Shown here: positions 10,486-21,487 of the stretch, one piece after another
How positions within the stretch are numbered: the first letter of the stretch is position 1
How the letters are laid out: the number at the start of each line of letters is the position of its first letter
Origin: Histomonas meleagridis 2922-C6/04-290x
Taxonomy: Eukaryota > Protista > Parabasalia
Reading direction: 5' to 3'
Assembly: GCA_020184695.1 (NCBI GenBank)
Contig: JAANOX010000079.1
Span: 87,422 to 151,421, forward strand
Length of the DNA stretch: 64,000 bases
Translations under genes and position numbers: made by a program
The notes under the pieces: generated by a model
Seen by the model: the letters and a program-made list of their open reading frames with translations, nothing else
Told to the model about the DNA's origin: nothing
The model's database searches: none

Positions 10486-13400
10486 TTATGGTTTGCTGTC
10501 TTTTGAAGACGATGAAGAAGAAGATTTCTTCTTTTTAATGACAATAATTATCACCACTACAACAATGACAACGAAAGCGACGCAACATATAACAATTGCA
10601 GCTATTTCTCCATCGCTTAATCCATTACCACCGACTTCTTCCTCTCCGATCATAATCACATCCTTTAATTCATCGTCGACAATTATATTACTTCCATCAC
10701 TGTTTGTTGGTATAATTCTAATGGTAAGGCCAGCAGGTAAATTAAGATCTCCTTTTTCACCTTTAACCACTGTCAATTTAAAACCTTGTGGACGATTTGT
10801 CAGGAAGACAATTTTCATATTATTATTAAAATATATTCTCTTAGCCAAACCTTCCCTATCGAAAAATATTATTACGTTATTATAAACTTCAATTGCTTGT
10901 AATGGATTCTTTGCGTCAATCATTAATATGTTTGTCGTGTTTAATGATTGGTCATAAGATTCATAATCTGTAATAAGTTCCTTAATGAAGAACTTATAAT
11001 CATTTGGCTTGAAATCGACATTTGTAAAGTTTATATAATCGAATTCAATTAACTGAGATACTGAAGGATCTGTTTCGGATGGATTTTCTTCAATTTGAAT
11101 TGTTAAATCCTTTGCAGTTAATCGCATTCCTTTTTGATGTAATTTATATTTTGTAGTATATATTAATTCGATTGTATATTTTGGCCCATTTTTATTCAAC
11201 AATTCGAATGTAACATTTGTGAATGATAAAAATATTGCAGGGAATGTTGTGTTGTGATCAAGATATGTAACTCTATCATTAACATAATGTACTAATCCAA
11301 ACATTGCTGAAACGTCATCATAAATATTTTGATTTTCACACGTTGTTGCGTTTGAACATTTTCTATCTGTACAGAAACAAATCGGTTGATTATCATGTGG
11401 CTTATTAATTACATAAGCAATAAAATTCGTTGTTAATGGGAAGTTATTTATAATCATAAAGTAATTGTTTTGTTTTGCATTTAATGTTAAAAATTCTTTT
11501 GTCATATCAAATGTATATAATGTCATTGGCTGTGCTCCAAAACTCTCATAATTAAATATTGGTACATATAAGTTATTACTTGCAAGTGCTGGGATATAAC
11601 TTTCGGCAGAATCCATTTCCCATAACATTGATTGATTATTTTGTGCATTTGTTGATATCATTGCTACGATTAAGTTATCAAATTCTTCTATTGGAGGAAC
11701 TTTAAAGTATTGAATAGTGTTTGGCTGTAAATGAAATTCTGGATTATTATTTTCGGAATAATATAATAAAGTATCAAATTGTTGTTGGCATAATTGTCCT
11801 GTATAATTTTCTGGGCATTTAAGTCTTCCATTTTCACATTTCGTATTATTAGTTGTTGATGGAACACAATCATTTGTGTTTTTCATTTCAATATATTTTG
11901 GATTAGTTTCAGTATTTGATTGTTCAAATGGTCCAACTGAAGAAACAACATAATGAACACCATTATCTTCTTCAATATTCAGATTCGAAATCACATGAAT
12001 TTCATATTTTCCATTGACAACTTCTGACTCCGGAATTATAACTTTTTCATTCATTGATAAATGTTCTGTATCTAGTGAACGATTATTACCAACGTATACT
12101 TTCTTTTCAGGAGATACAACTATTAAATCTAAATCATAATAAATCGGTATAAATGAATCAACGCTAAGTGGTATATCCATTGATGTTAATACAATTTTAA
12201 GTGGCGATTTATTCGATGTAACAGTAATATAACCAATATGATGTGTTTGACCTTTTTGCATTATACTCATCTTTGAAAATCGTAATCCGAAATTAGAATT
12301 TTCGAATGGAAGAATTGTAGAAATATCAATTTGTCCATGTCCTACATAACAATCAGGTGTTGAACTTCCATCTTTTTTAGAAGTAGACAAAAGTAATAAC
12401 GCTCTTAATAGTAATGAATGAATTTCAACTTTTTCGAGATAATGTCCATCAGTTAAATATTGCGCTATTAATGCTGATGCACCTGCAACGTTTGGTGTAG
12501 CCATAGATGTACCTGATTTTAAAGCTAAAGAATCCAACATTTTAGAATCGTCTGTACCATGACCTTTCTCAACTGTTGTTTTAGAATTAGCACTAATTAC
12601 ATATGAACCTGGTGCCATTAAATCCGGTTTAATTAATCCATGTGGTGAAGGACCTACTGAAGAAAATGAAGCCTTTTCTGGATATAATATTCCAACTCGA
12701 TTTCCAATGTTCATATCAATTTTACAAGTATTACCAACAAAACTAGAAATACCTCCATTTTGATTTGTGATTAATGGTGGAAAAGGTAAAGTTTGGAATA
12801 ATGATTCTAAACCTTCAATAGATGATTGAGGCATGTCAAATATTATTGCAGCAATTGAATATTTTTCTATTTGTCCAGCAATTGCTAAAATAATTTCATT
12901 ATAATTACTTTGAAGACTTTGAATTAATTTGGCATCAATATAAATGATTTTAATGGTACCCATTGGTGAACTTGTATCATCTATTTTAGATAGATAAATT
13001 GTCTCTGGAATTTCAAGAACATAAGATGGTGATACTGGTTGTGATGTTGGATAAATTTCAACTTTCTTAGAATTATAACTAATATAAATCTTGAAATTCT
13101 CAAAGCGATATACAGAATCAGCTGCTGCAACACAAAGAATATTCTTTCCATATGATGGACCACGTAGTGAATAATATGGAACCGATTGTGCTTCATTACC
13201 TGCTGCAAATATAAATAAACAACTTTCACCTGATGGATAATTACTTACAAATTCATCGTAAGCTGATGTTCTTATTAAGCCTAACTCATAACCTATTGAG
13301 CCCCATGAATTAGAATATGCTATTGCTTTTCCGTCAAGTAATCTTTGATTAAGATTATCTGAATTAGTTAAATGTTCATTGTTTGTATTAGAGAAACGTC

Positions 13401-14310
13401 CTAAATACATAAGTTTTGCCTCGGGCGCTATACCATTAAATGAACTGATTTTACTCTTTGGATCTTGCGCTTTTCCTGCAATAGTCCCTGCAACATGTGT
13501 ACCATGTGAAGCAGGTTCCATTTGTTGATAATAATTCGATTCTGATCCAAACTCATTATAGAAATATACAAACTTCCGATGATTAGTGATGATTTGATTA
13601 AAGGTAAGTGCTGTGTTAGGATCATTAAACATTGCATTGTTATAATCAATATCAGTATCAATAAATGCAACAACTTGATCTTTACCATTGATACCTTTAG
13701 CTTCTAAATATCGATTCATAGAAGGATTCCCATTTGAATCTGTGGTGGTGATATTAGTGTTTTGTTGTGAATGACCTGATATCATGTTGTTGGCTGCTGT
13801 AGGATCAGTATATTTACTAACATATTCAACTTCATTAATATGGATTAAGTATTCTTTTGCCTCTTCTGGTTTATCAGTTTCAACAATCAAAGACTTCTTA
13901 GTTTTAGAAATAACTTTAAAAAGTTTTGAATCACTAATGAAATCATTATCTGAAAATACACCATGAACATATAAATATTTAGCTGATTTGATTTGCGCTT
14001 CATCAATGATTTTGTCTTTAGGATCGACCGGACTTATCATGGCATGAATACTTTCAAGATAATGGATTTGAGATGGAGTTAGATAAAGTTTATAGACATT
14101 CTTGTTAATAAGTGAAGTGGTACTAATTTCAACACCATTTTCCTTCAATTGTTCGAAATTTAGGGTTTCAGGGAAATAAACATAAGTCCATGAATTCTGA
14201 TCAATTGATTGAATTTTTTTATGTTGATCTGATTTAAAGACTACATTCTTCCCCATCATGGTTGTTAACTTATAACATTCAGTGCTGATCAAAAGGTAAG
14301 GAAGAAACAT
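10486..14310 (-). CDS. Membrane-anchored subtilisin-like serine protease (S8)
   Basis: Catalytic D (FIDTDID), H (HGTHVAG), oxyanion N (AAGNE), S (SGTSMATP); EGF-like Cys cluster; C-terminal TM. Confidence 0.93.
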   Translation of the reverse strand: MFLPYLLISTECYKLTTMMGKNVVFKSDQHKKIQSIDQNSWTYVYFPETLNFEQLKENGVEISTTSLINKNVYKLYLTPSQIHYLESIHAMISPVDPKDKIIDEAQIKSAKYLYVHGVFSDNDFISDSKLFKVISKTKKSLIVETDKPEEAKEYLIHINEVEYVSKYTDPTAANNMISGHSQQNTNITTTDSNGNPSMNRYLEAKGINGKDQVVAFIDTDIDYNNAMFNDPNTALTFNQIITNHRKFVYFYNEFGSESNYYQQMEPASHGTHVAGTIAGKAQDPKSKISSFNGIAPEAKLMYLGRFSNTNNEHLTNSDNLNQRLLDGKAIAYSNSWGSIGYELGLIRTSAYDEFVSNYPSGESCLFIFAAGNEAQSVPYYSLRGPSYGKNILCVAAADSVYRFENFKIYISYNSKKVEIYPTSQPVSPSYVLEIPETIYLSKIDDTSSPMGTIKIIYIDAKLIQSLQSNYNEIILAIAGQIEKYSIAAIIFDMPQSSIEGLESLFQTLPFPPLITNQNGGISSFVGNTCKIDMNIGNRVGILYPEKASFSSVGPSPHGLIKPDLMAPGSYVISANSKTTVEKGHGTDDSKMLDSLALKSGTSMATPNVAGASALIAQYLTDGHYLEKVEIHSLLLRALLLLSTSKKDGSSTPDCYVGHGQIDISTILPFENSNFGLRFSKMSIMQKGQTHHIGYITVTSNKSPLKIVLTSMDIPLSVDSFIPIYYDLDLIVVSPEKKVYVGNNRSLDTEHLSMNEKVIIPESEVVNGKYEIHVISNLNIEEDNGVHYVVSSVGPFEQSNTETNPKYIEMKNTNDCVPSTTNNTKCENGRLKCPENYTGQLCQQQFDTLLYYSENNNPEFHLQPNTIQYFKVPPIEEFDNLIVAMISTNAQNNQSMLWEMDSAESYIPALASNNLYVPIFNYESFGAQPMTLYTFDMTKEFLTLNAKQNNYFMIINNFPLTTNFIAYVINKPHDNQPICFCTDRKCSNATTCENQNIYDDVSAMFGLVHYVNDRVTYLDHNTTFPAIFLSFTNVTFELLNKNGPKYTIELIYTTKYKLHQKGMRLTAKDLTIQIEENPSETDPSVSQLIEFDYINFTNVDFKPNDYKFFIKELITDYESYDQSLNTTNILMIDAKNPLQAIEVYNNVIIFFDREGLAKRIYFNNNMKIVFLTNRPQGFKLTVVKGEKGDLNLPAGLTIRIIPTNSDGSNIIVDDELKDVIMIGEEEVGGNGLSDGEIAAIVICCVAFVVIVVVVIIIVIKKKKSSSSSSSKDSKP

Positions 14311-15479
14311 TAAATGAAATGATTTTTCTTTGTTTGGTTAATTTGAACTGGCTCGTCAGTTGGTTTGATTGAACATTTCAAATTTGAAAACATTAACGAT
14401 TGTTCCAATTGAAAAAGTTTACACGTTCCGATTGTGAACCTTTTTGACAATATTTGAATGGGGTTAAATTGTCATATCAACTGATATACTGGCTTTTTGA
14501 AAGCCTCATAAAAAATAAGTGATTGAAAATTGGTTCAGCGTTGACAACAGTGGTGAAAAAAAATTTGCCATTTGGCATTTATATAAATATGATACATCAT
14601 AATAATATCATCCTCTATAACTCTCTGTTTCAAAAAATAAGTTTAATGACATGCTTGAAATTCTTTAAAGAAAATTTAATATGTAAATCTGATAAGATAG
14701 TAACAAAGATGAAGCAGAAAGTTCCGACTTCAAACCAAATACATGTAATATTGATTCAGATAAAGAATATTCTGGTAGTAAGCACATTAATTATAGAAAT
14801 ATATTTTATCGTTATATTTGTTAATTTAAACCATTGTCACGTGTAACCACATAGAACTTGAGGGCACACAAAAAGAAAGTATTTCATAAAATACTTCGAT
14901 TCAATTCGATTAATATGAAAAACAAATCCCAATCAAAATTAGAATCACTTGCATCAAACCTCTGAATAATACAGCTTTCCGCAATACTGAGTCTATTTCA
15001 CAGCCAAAATATCCAATTTCGAAATGAAGTTCAAACCTGAGATTTAATATTTTGTATAGGTGAAATTTCCTCATCATGAAGAAAATCCTGGTGATATTAG
15101 TTAATAAGTATTAACTTTGGTTTTAAAGTCTCGTGAAAATTTAACATTTGATTTGTAAATATAATGTTGGAGATGTAATTTATGTTGTTTGATCAACATA
15201 GTCTCATGTGTAATTAAATATATTTCAAATTATTTCGGATTTTAATATTTTTTATGCAAAGTTGGATCATTTTTCAGCTCACTGAAATCCAAAATCCACA
15301 GATCCAATTCAAGAGAACGGTTGGGTACTTTTCAATAAACTTTGAGATCCTTCTCAAATCGTTGTTTTTTGCTCGCAAATTTTAACCAACACATCTGAAA
15401 TTGAAAAAGAACAAATTTTTAAAACGACACAAATGTTTCACCGGATAACCGTCAATTTTTTGGGTTTAATGACTTCATT

Positions 15480-16742
15480 ATGTATCTTCTATTGGTTACA
15501 TTAGCTTCTTGTGTAAATATAAAACAAATCTATTATGATCTAGGGCATGACGAAGCAATCCCTAATCCAAGTATGCTTTATCAACAATTATTGAATTATT
15601 TCACAGACCCATATATTAAAGAATTATTACTTGACGGAGTCGAAGCTTACAAAGACTATTCAATAGTTGACTCGAAAGTTCAAGATCAAACAATTCAAAT
15701 TGGTCATGATGTTGTAGGAACAGATGTTGTTGAAGCTTCAGTTGGTCCCACGAATACCACAATTTACATACAAGGAATTAGTGGTAAAGCAGTTTCACTT
15801 TCATGTCACTCCAACGGTAATTTATATTTTGATTCTTCAGATCCCCAAACTCCATTAAGTGATTCCTTAATTATCATCAAAGAAACAAATATTGGATTCA
15901 AAAGTCATTTGAAGCTTGATAGTCTTGTATTACAATCACAACTTTTTGGTTATTCTTCTAAAATGCTTGATGGAAGTTTTGAAGCCAACAATTTAATTTC
16001 AAGTCAAATTACTGATTTTACGTCAGAACAAATGCAAGCAACAAATAAAATATATTATTCATATCTTGAATTAAATTCAATCACATTCCATGAAAATAAT
16101 GTCTCGCTTTCAGATGGTAATGAATTAACAGGAAATATTTCAGTGATGATTTCTCCATATGTCACAAAATCCAGAACAATATATATGATTCTTCCTGAAA
16201 ATGTTACTCATCCACGTTCTCTTTCGATATATTTTGATGATCCTAATTTCCTTCTTTCAAATCGAATGTTTGGAAGACTTTTCGAACTGGAATTTTATTT
16301 TGAGAATTATTATAAACGAAATGAAACAATTGGATTCCAATTCGTTGGAAATTGGCAAAACGTTAGTGATTGCGAATTAAAGATAATTTCGTCCGATATA
16401 AATATGGAATTTATTGATACAAGTAATGTACCACAGAACATAAAAATAACACGAGAAAATAGCGCAATGTTTAAGTACCAGCAATCATCTGAATCTGGCG
16501 GCGGCCAAGGTGGTGATGGCGGCCAAGGCGGTGATGGAGGCCAAGGAGGCGATGGCGGTGATGGAGGCCAAGGAGGCGATGGCGAAGGAGAAGATGCAGG
16601 AGGCGAGACAGGCAATGGATTGGAAACGTGGGCGATAGCTGTTATCGCTGTGGTCTGCGCTGTGGTTGTGATTGGTGTAATAGTTGCTGTAGTGATTGTT
16701 TTGAGGAAGAAAAAGACATTTTCTTCGACATCTTCAGCATAA
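15480..16742 (+). CDS. Uncharacterised type I membrane protein with Gly-rich stalk
   Basis: Signal peptide MYLLLVTLASC, GGQGGD repeats, TM segment, RKKK stop-transfer. Confidence 0.8.
   Translation: MYLLLVTLASCVNIKQIYYDLGHDEAIPNPSMLYQQLLNYFTDPYIKELLLDGVEAYKDYSIVDSKVQDQTIQIGHDVVGTDVVEASVGPTNTTIYIQGISGKAVSLSCHSNGNLYFDSSDPQTPLSDSLIIIKETNIGFKSHLKLDSLVLQSQLFGYSSKMLDGSFEANNLISSQITDFTSEQMQATNKIYYSYLELNSITFHENNVSLSDGNELTGNISVMISPYVTKSRTIYMILPENVTHPRSLSIYFDDPNFLLSNRMFGRLFELEFYFENYYKRNETIGFQFVGNWQNVSDCELKIISSDINMEFIDTSNVPQNIKITRENSAMFKYQQSSESGGGQGGDGGQGGDGGQGGDGGDGGQGGDGEGEDAGGETGNGLETWAIAVIAVVCAVVVIGVIVAVVIVLRKKKTFSSTSSA
16497..16583 (+). repeat. GGQGGD-coding 18-nt tandem repeat
   Basis: ggcggccaaggtggtgat and variants, about 4-5 units. 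Confidence 0.85.
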
Positions 16743-17108
16743 GATGCACTATTAAATAATGCAAAGTTTAGTATTATATTTGTAAAGAAAATAAATGTAG
16801 ATAAATAATGAATTAATGTTTGTATTTCTGCATTGATGATAACATACGCGAAATCACTGCATATTTTTGATGAACGTTATAAAATTCTATTGAATTATGA
16901 AATCAAAATTGAATTTTTTTTTTTAATTGTGAAATTATTATATACACAAGAACTATTCTAATAAAATTTGTACATATTTAATCCAAAAATATATAAAGTT
17001 CTCACGACTTTATATATAAGAATGAAAAAAATATCTATAGTTTATATATTTACAGATGTTCAAAAATATTTTGAACTTTTTAGATCTGCTTTATATTGAA
17101 AAATCGAT

Positions 17109-20100
17109 TTATATCTCTATGTTATTTATCGCATTATCTTCTTTAAAATCTTTTGCAAATGGATCCTCTTCAATATTGGGTTGCGCGATGCCGGCCGTGA
17201 AAATGGCTTCTGAATTAAGTTGATTTGAACTTTGAGAATTTTCTTCTTTACTACTGAGTTTATTACGTCTTCGAAAATGTATTAATAACACAATAAGTAA
17301 TGAAACAATGATAATAACTGCAATCAAAACACCAATAATAATATAGATATATGTATTATCATTTTTCGTTTCTTCACTTTGTTGCAAAATTGTAAAGAAA
17401 TCGGAGTAAAACATATAATTTGTTTCATATATCAAATTCGTATATTCATAATAAATAATGTGACTTTCGATGTATGTATATATGGAATTATAAAGTGTAT
17501 ATAAATATGTGCTCTGTAAATATGTCCTTAACAATGTTAACGTATGTGTATACGAATATATTCGTGTTAGAATAATAGAATATGAAATAGTGGCATCGAA
17601 AATAAATGTGTTTGATAGCGTGAATATATCACTTTGAGAATATGTATTTGATTCAGTATATGTATTACTTTGAGAATATGTATTTGATTCAGTATATGTA
17701 TTACTTTGAGAATATGTATTTGATTCAGTATATGTATTACTTTGAGAATATGTATTTGATTCAGTATATGTATTACTTTGAGAATATGTATTTGATTCAG
17801 TATATGTGTTACTTTGAGAATATGTATTTGATTCAGTATATGTGTTACTTTGAGAATATGCATTAGATTGTGAATATGTATTCGATTGCGAAAATGTGTT
17901 ACTTTGTGTGAAAGTTTGTGGTGGCCACGGAGGGCATTGATCATTTACAGAATAACTTATAGCAAGTGCGCCAAATGAATCATTTACATATGATAATGTT
18001 ACCATAACTGTATCTGTTTGGACATGATCAAATGCATACTCTTCAATATCTGGTGCACTTCTTCCATAATAATATATACACATAAGTTGAGTGCAATATC
18101 CAAAAGCCGAATCACAAATTGTTTGAACATTTCCACCAATATAAAGCGTTATTAAATTCGAACAATAAAATGCATAATCACCAATAGATGTAACTGAATG
18201 AGGAATTGTCACATTTGTTAATTTTTTGCAAAAGTAAAATGTATGGTCTCCAATTTCTGGAATATTTCCATAGATTTCAATTGTTTCTAAATGATCACAT
18301 TGTCGAAACGCAGATATTCCAAGTGATGTAACCGAATTACGAATTGTGAAATTTTTTAAATGAGAACAGAAATAAAATGCATATTCGCCAATTGATTTTA
18401 ATTTATTTCCAATAATAATAATCTCTAAATTAGTGCAATCTTCAAAAGCATTATTCATTATTGATTCAATGTTGTTACCAATATTAATAGTTATTAAACT
18501 TGAACATAAATAAAATGAAAGATAACCAACTGATGTAATTGTATTTGGAAGTATTATAGAATTCATTTTTTTGCAACTATAAAAAGTGTAATTTTCGATT
18601 TGTGGTATATTTCCATAAATTTCAACTGTTTCTAAATTAATGCACAATTGAAATACAGTACGTCCAAGTGAAGTAACCGATTTTGGAATTGTGAAATTTT
18701 TTAAATTAGAACAATTATTAAATGCAAATTTTCCGATTGTTTCTAATTTTTCTCCAATAATAACGATCTCTAAATTGACACAATGAGCAAATGCATTATC
18801 CAAAATTGTTAGAATATTATCACCGAGATTAATAGTATTTAAACTTGAACATAAATAAAATGAAAGATAACCAACTGATGTAATTGTATTTGGAAGTATT
18901 ATAGAATTCATTTTTTTGCAACTATAAAAAGTGTAATTTTCGATTTGTGGTATATTTCCATAAATTTCAACTGTTTCTAAATTAATGCACAATTGAAATA
19001 CAGTACGTCCAAGTGAAGTAACCGATTTTGGAATTGTGAAATTTTTTAAATTAGAACAATTATTAAATGCAAATTTTCCGATTGTTTCTAATTTTTCTCC
19101 AATAATAACGATCTCTAAATTGACACAATGAGCAAATGCATTATCCAAAATTGTTAGAATATTATCACCGAGATTAATAGTATTTAAACTTGAGCAAGAA
19201 TTAAATGAATAATGACCAACTGATGTAATTGTATTTGGAAGTATTATAGAATTCATTTTTTTGCAACTATAAAAAGTATAATTTCCAATTTCTGGAATAT
19301 TTCCATAAATTTCAACTGTTTCTAAATTAATACAATGTTGAAATGCATAAGTCCCGAGTATTTCAATAGAATTTGGAATTATGATGCTTTTCAAATTAGA
19401 ACAATTGTCGAATGCAGAATTTCCTATTGTTGTAATTGTGTCACAAAGATGAATTGTTAATAGCATTACCCAATTAGAGAATCCATTGTTTGGTATTGAC
19501 GTAATTCCATTTGATATAATTACATTTTCTGCAATAGAATTATAGTTTTGTAAACCCAGAATTTGATCTCCATTTTCTATTGTAAGTGTTTTGATATCTT
19601 CTTCCCATTTTTCTGAAAAAGCTTGTATGAATAATATAGAAAAAACATAAGGAAATAAATACTTTATTTTAATTTTGCTGTTTTTTTTATTATAAAAGAA
19701 AAATAAATAAAAGATCTCATAAATAAAATAAAGAAGAAAAATAAAGATTATTGAAGTAATAAAATAATGAAGGTTGGAATGTAACATATAATTTATCATT
19801 AGATTTTGTTTTGATACTTTGGCGCAATTATGTAGGAACATCATGGAAGAGCTTCCTATATATGGAAAATCAAATTTAAACGATTTTATTTTATGGAAAC
19901 GATTCCAAATGAAAATATTTAATAATGAATTTTTAATCATTCTCTTCATCATGTTATTAACACCGTAACACTGCATATAAATTAAGGTGGTTTCGTCATA
20001 TTTTTTAGTTAAATTTACAGTGGATGTATTAAATATTTTTTCTGATTCGATAATTTCATTTCGTAAAAATTTCCCTCTGTAAACACATCTAATTTTGGTA

Positions 20101-20144
20101 CTCACTAGCCATAACGCTAAGTAAACTAGAAGAATAAATATCAT
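17109..20144 (-). CDS. BspA-like TpLRR surface protein with SNTY-repeat stalk and long hydrophobic N-terminal extension
   Basis: About 20 TpLRRs, SNTYSQ/SNTYTE repeats, TM and acidic EEDPF tail. First ATG at 20144; the true start is uncertain. Confidence 0.85.
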   Translation of the reverse strand: MIFILLVYLALWLVSTKIRCVYRGKFLRNEIIESEKIFNTSTVNLTKKYDETTLIYMQCYGVNNMMKRMIKNSLLNIFIWNRFHKIKSFKFDFPYIGSSSMMFLHNCAKVSKQNLMINYMLHSNLHYFITSIIFIFLLYFIYEIFYLFFFYNKKNSKIKIKYLFPYVFSILFIQAFSEKWEEDIKTLTIENGDQILGLQNYNSIAENVIISNGITSIPNNGFSNWVMLLTIHLCDTITTIGNSAFDNCSNLKSIIIPNSIEILGTYAFQHCINLETVEIYGNIPEIGNYTFYSCKKMNSIILPNTITSVGHYSFNSCSSLNTINLGDNILTILDNAFAHCVNLEIVIIGEKLETIGKFAFNNCSNLKNFTIPKSVTSLGRTVFQLCINLETVEIYGNIPQIENYTFYSCKKMNSIILPNTITSVGYLSFYLCSSLNTINLGDNILTILDNAFAHCVNLEIVIIGEKLETIGKFAFNNCSNLKNFTIPKSVTSLGRTVFQLCINLETVEIYGNIPQIENYTFYSCKKMNSIILPNTITSVGYLSFYLCSSLITINIGNNIESIMNNAFEDCTNLEIIIIGNKLKSIGEYAFYFCSHLKNFTIRNSVTSLGISAFRQCDHLETIEIYGNIPEIGDHTFYFCKKLTNVTIPHSVTSIGDYAFYCSNLITLYIGGNVQTICDSAFGYCTQLMCIYYYGRSAPDIEEYAFDHVQTDTVMVTLSYVNDSFGALAISYSVNDQCPPWPPQTFTQSNTFSQSNTYSQSNAYSQSNTYTESNTYSQSNTYTESNTYSQSNTYTESNTYSQSNTYTESNTYSQSNTYTESNTYSQSNTYTESNTYSQSDIFTLSNTFIFDATISYSIILTRIYSYTHTLTLLRTYLQSTYLYTLYNSIYTYIESHIIYYEYTNLIYETNYMFYSDFFTILQQSEETKNDNTYIYIIIGVLIAVIIIVSLLIVLLIHFRRRNKLSSKEENSQSSNQLNSEAIFTAGIAQPNIEEDPFAKDFKEDNAINNIEI
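17630..17900 (-). repeat. 36-nt tandem repeat encoding SNTYSQSNTYTE
   Basis: tttgagaatatgtatttgattcagtatatgtattac repeated about 6 times. Confidence 0.9.
18495..19193 (-). repeat. 345-nt tandem duplication of five LRR units
   Basis: 18495-18848 matches 18840-19193 (e.g. cgtccaagtg at 18661 and 19006). Confidence 0.9.
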
Positions 20145-20410
20145 TAAAGTTCGAAAGTTAGGAGCCAAAAACGAAGCAATTCAAAAAAATTAACTCAACA
20201 ATGATCAGCTGATGTAAAACATTGAATCACATTGAAATCATTGTGCGGGATTTCAGATGGGGTGGAGAGTTTTGTAACTAAGGGAGTCCCTCAAATCTTA
20301 ATGAAAACTTCGTTAAACGCAACCAACAAATGTGAGTTATATCAGTGATCACAACTATTCATATGATTTACAATTTACTAATGGTATAAATTTTATACCG
20401 TCTTATATAG

Positions 20411-21487
20411 CTATTTTATGCAAACCAGATACAGGTTACCTTTTCTTGCTGATTCAATTATCATATTATCATTAATATCAATTCCTTCTTCAAACAAAAA
20501 TGATAAAATTTCATAATTCTCTTCACAAATACAAAAACATGCTAAGTCATTGATTGATGACTTTCTGTCTCTTAATATTGATTGAATCAATGTATTTGGT
20601 TGCAATTCTTCGAATTTATTATCATAAAGATATTTAAAGATATCATTTCGATGAAATTTAATTGCTATTTTATAAGCATCTTTAAATGATGAATGGTTTT
20701 GTTCGCATAAATGAATTATTTCTTCATTTCCACCTGCAACTGCATATTTACCTGTGTTTTCTACATTAGAACCATTCATAAGCAAATATTTAAAACATTT
20801 AACTGCTGAAAAAAATGCTGCATAATCAATTAATGTAACATCCCAATGATTAACAAATGAACATCTTTCATAAAGTGATTCTTTAATTTTTTGATTAAAA
20901 TCAAAATTTGTTTGTGATGATATTTCTTGAAGTTTTTCTATTTCATCATTTCGAATTATTTTTGCAATTTCATTTGGATTATGTCCTTCTTTAATATATT
21001 GCTTATGAAGAGCTAAATCATTATTTGAAAGTCCTTTATATTTCTTGTAAAATTTAATTTTAATTTTTTCGTTCATATTTGTATCAATTAAATTTTGTTC
21101 ATTCAATTGAGATATTATATGAAATGCTTCTTGTGAGTTGATTTTAGAAATACGCTTTATAAATATTGATATTAGTTTATTAATATTTTGTGTAAGTTCA
21201 TCTTCTTTTGTTTGAAATGTTTTCAAAAAATTTAAGTAGATATCAAATGCATTCCTTTGTGATGAAAATGCATTATAAACTAAATTACACAAAATAACAT
21301 TAAATGTATCTGGAAAATTTGTATCGAATAATTTCGCTGCATTTTGGACTGACCCCAGAAGATTGTCTTCCGTTAAATTGAATATGATTTTGTCGAGATC
21401 AATAAGGAATTTCAAAATAGTTGGCTGATTATTTGAATTTTTGTTGTTTTTATCGTGTGCGCTAATGTCAGCACCACTATGGAGCAT
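20411..21487 (-). CDS. DUF3447/ankyrin-family protein lacking the C-terminal ankyrin array
   Basis: Near-identical core to the 193-1873 and 27348-28532 genes (EIAKIIRNDEIEKLQEISS, LIDYAAFF, AIKFHRNDIFKY). Confidence 0.8.
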   Translation of the reverse strand: MLHSGADISAHDKNNKNSNNQPTILKFLIDLDKIIFNLTEDNLLGSVQNAAKLFDTNFPDTFNVILCNLVYNAFSSQRNAFDIYLNFLKTFQTKEDELTQNINKLISIFIKRISKINSQEAFHIISQLNEQNLIDTNMNEKIKIKFYKKYKGLSNNDLALHKQYIKEGHNPNEIAKIIRNDEIEKLQEISSQTNFDFNQKIKESLYERCSFVNHWDVTLIDYAAFFSAVKCFKYLLMNGSNVENTGKYAVAGGNEEIIHLCEQNHSSFKDAYKIAIKFHRNDIFKYLYDNKFEELQPNTLIQSILRDRKSSINDLACFCICEENYEILSFLFEEGIDINDNMIIESARKGNLYLVCIK

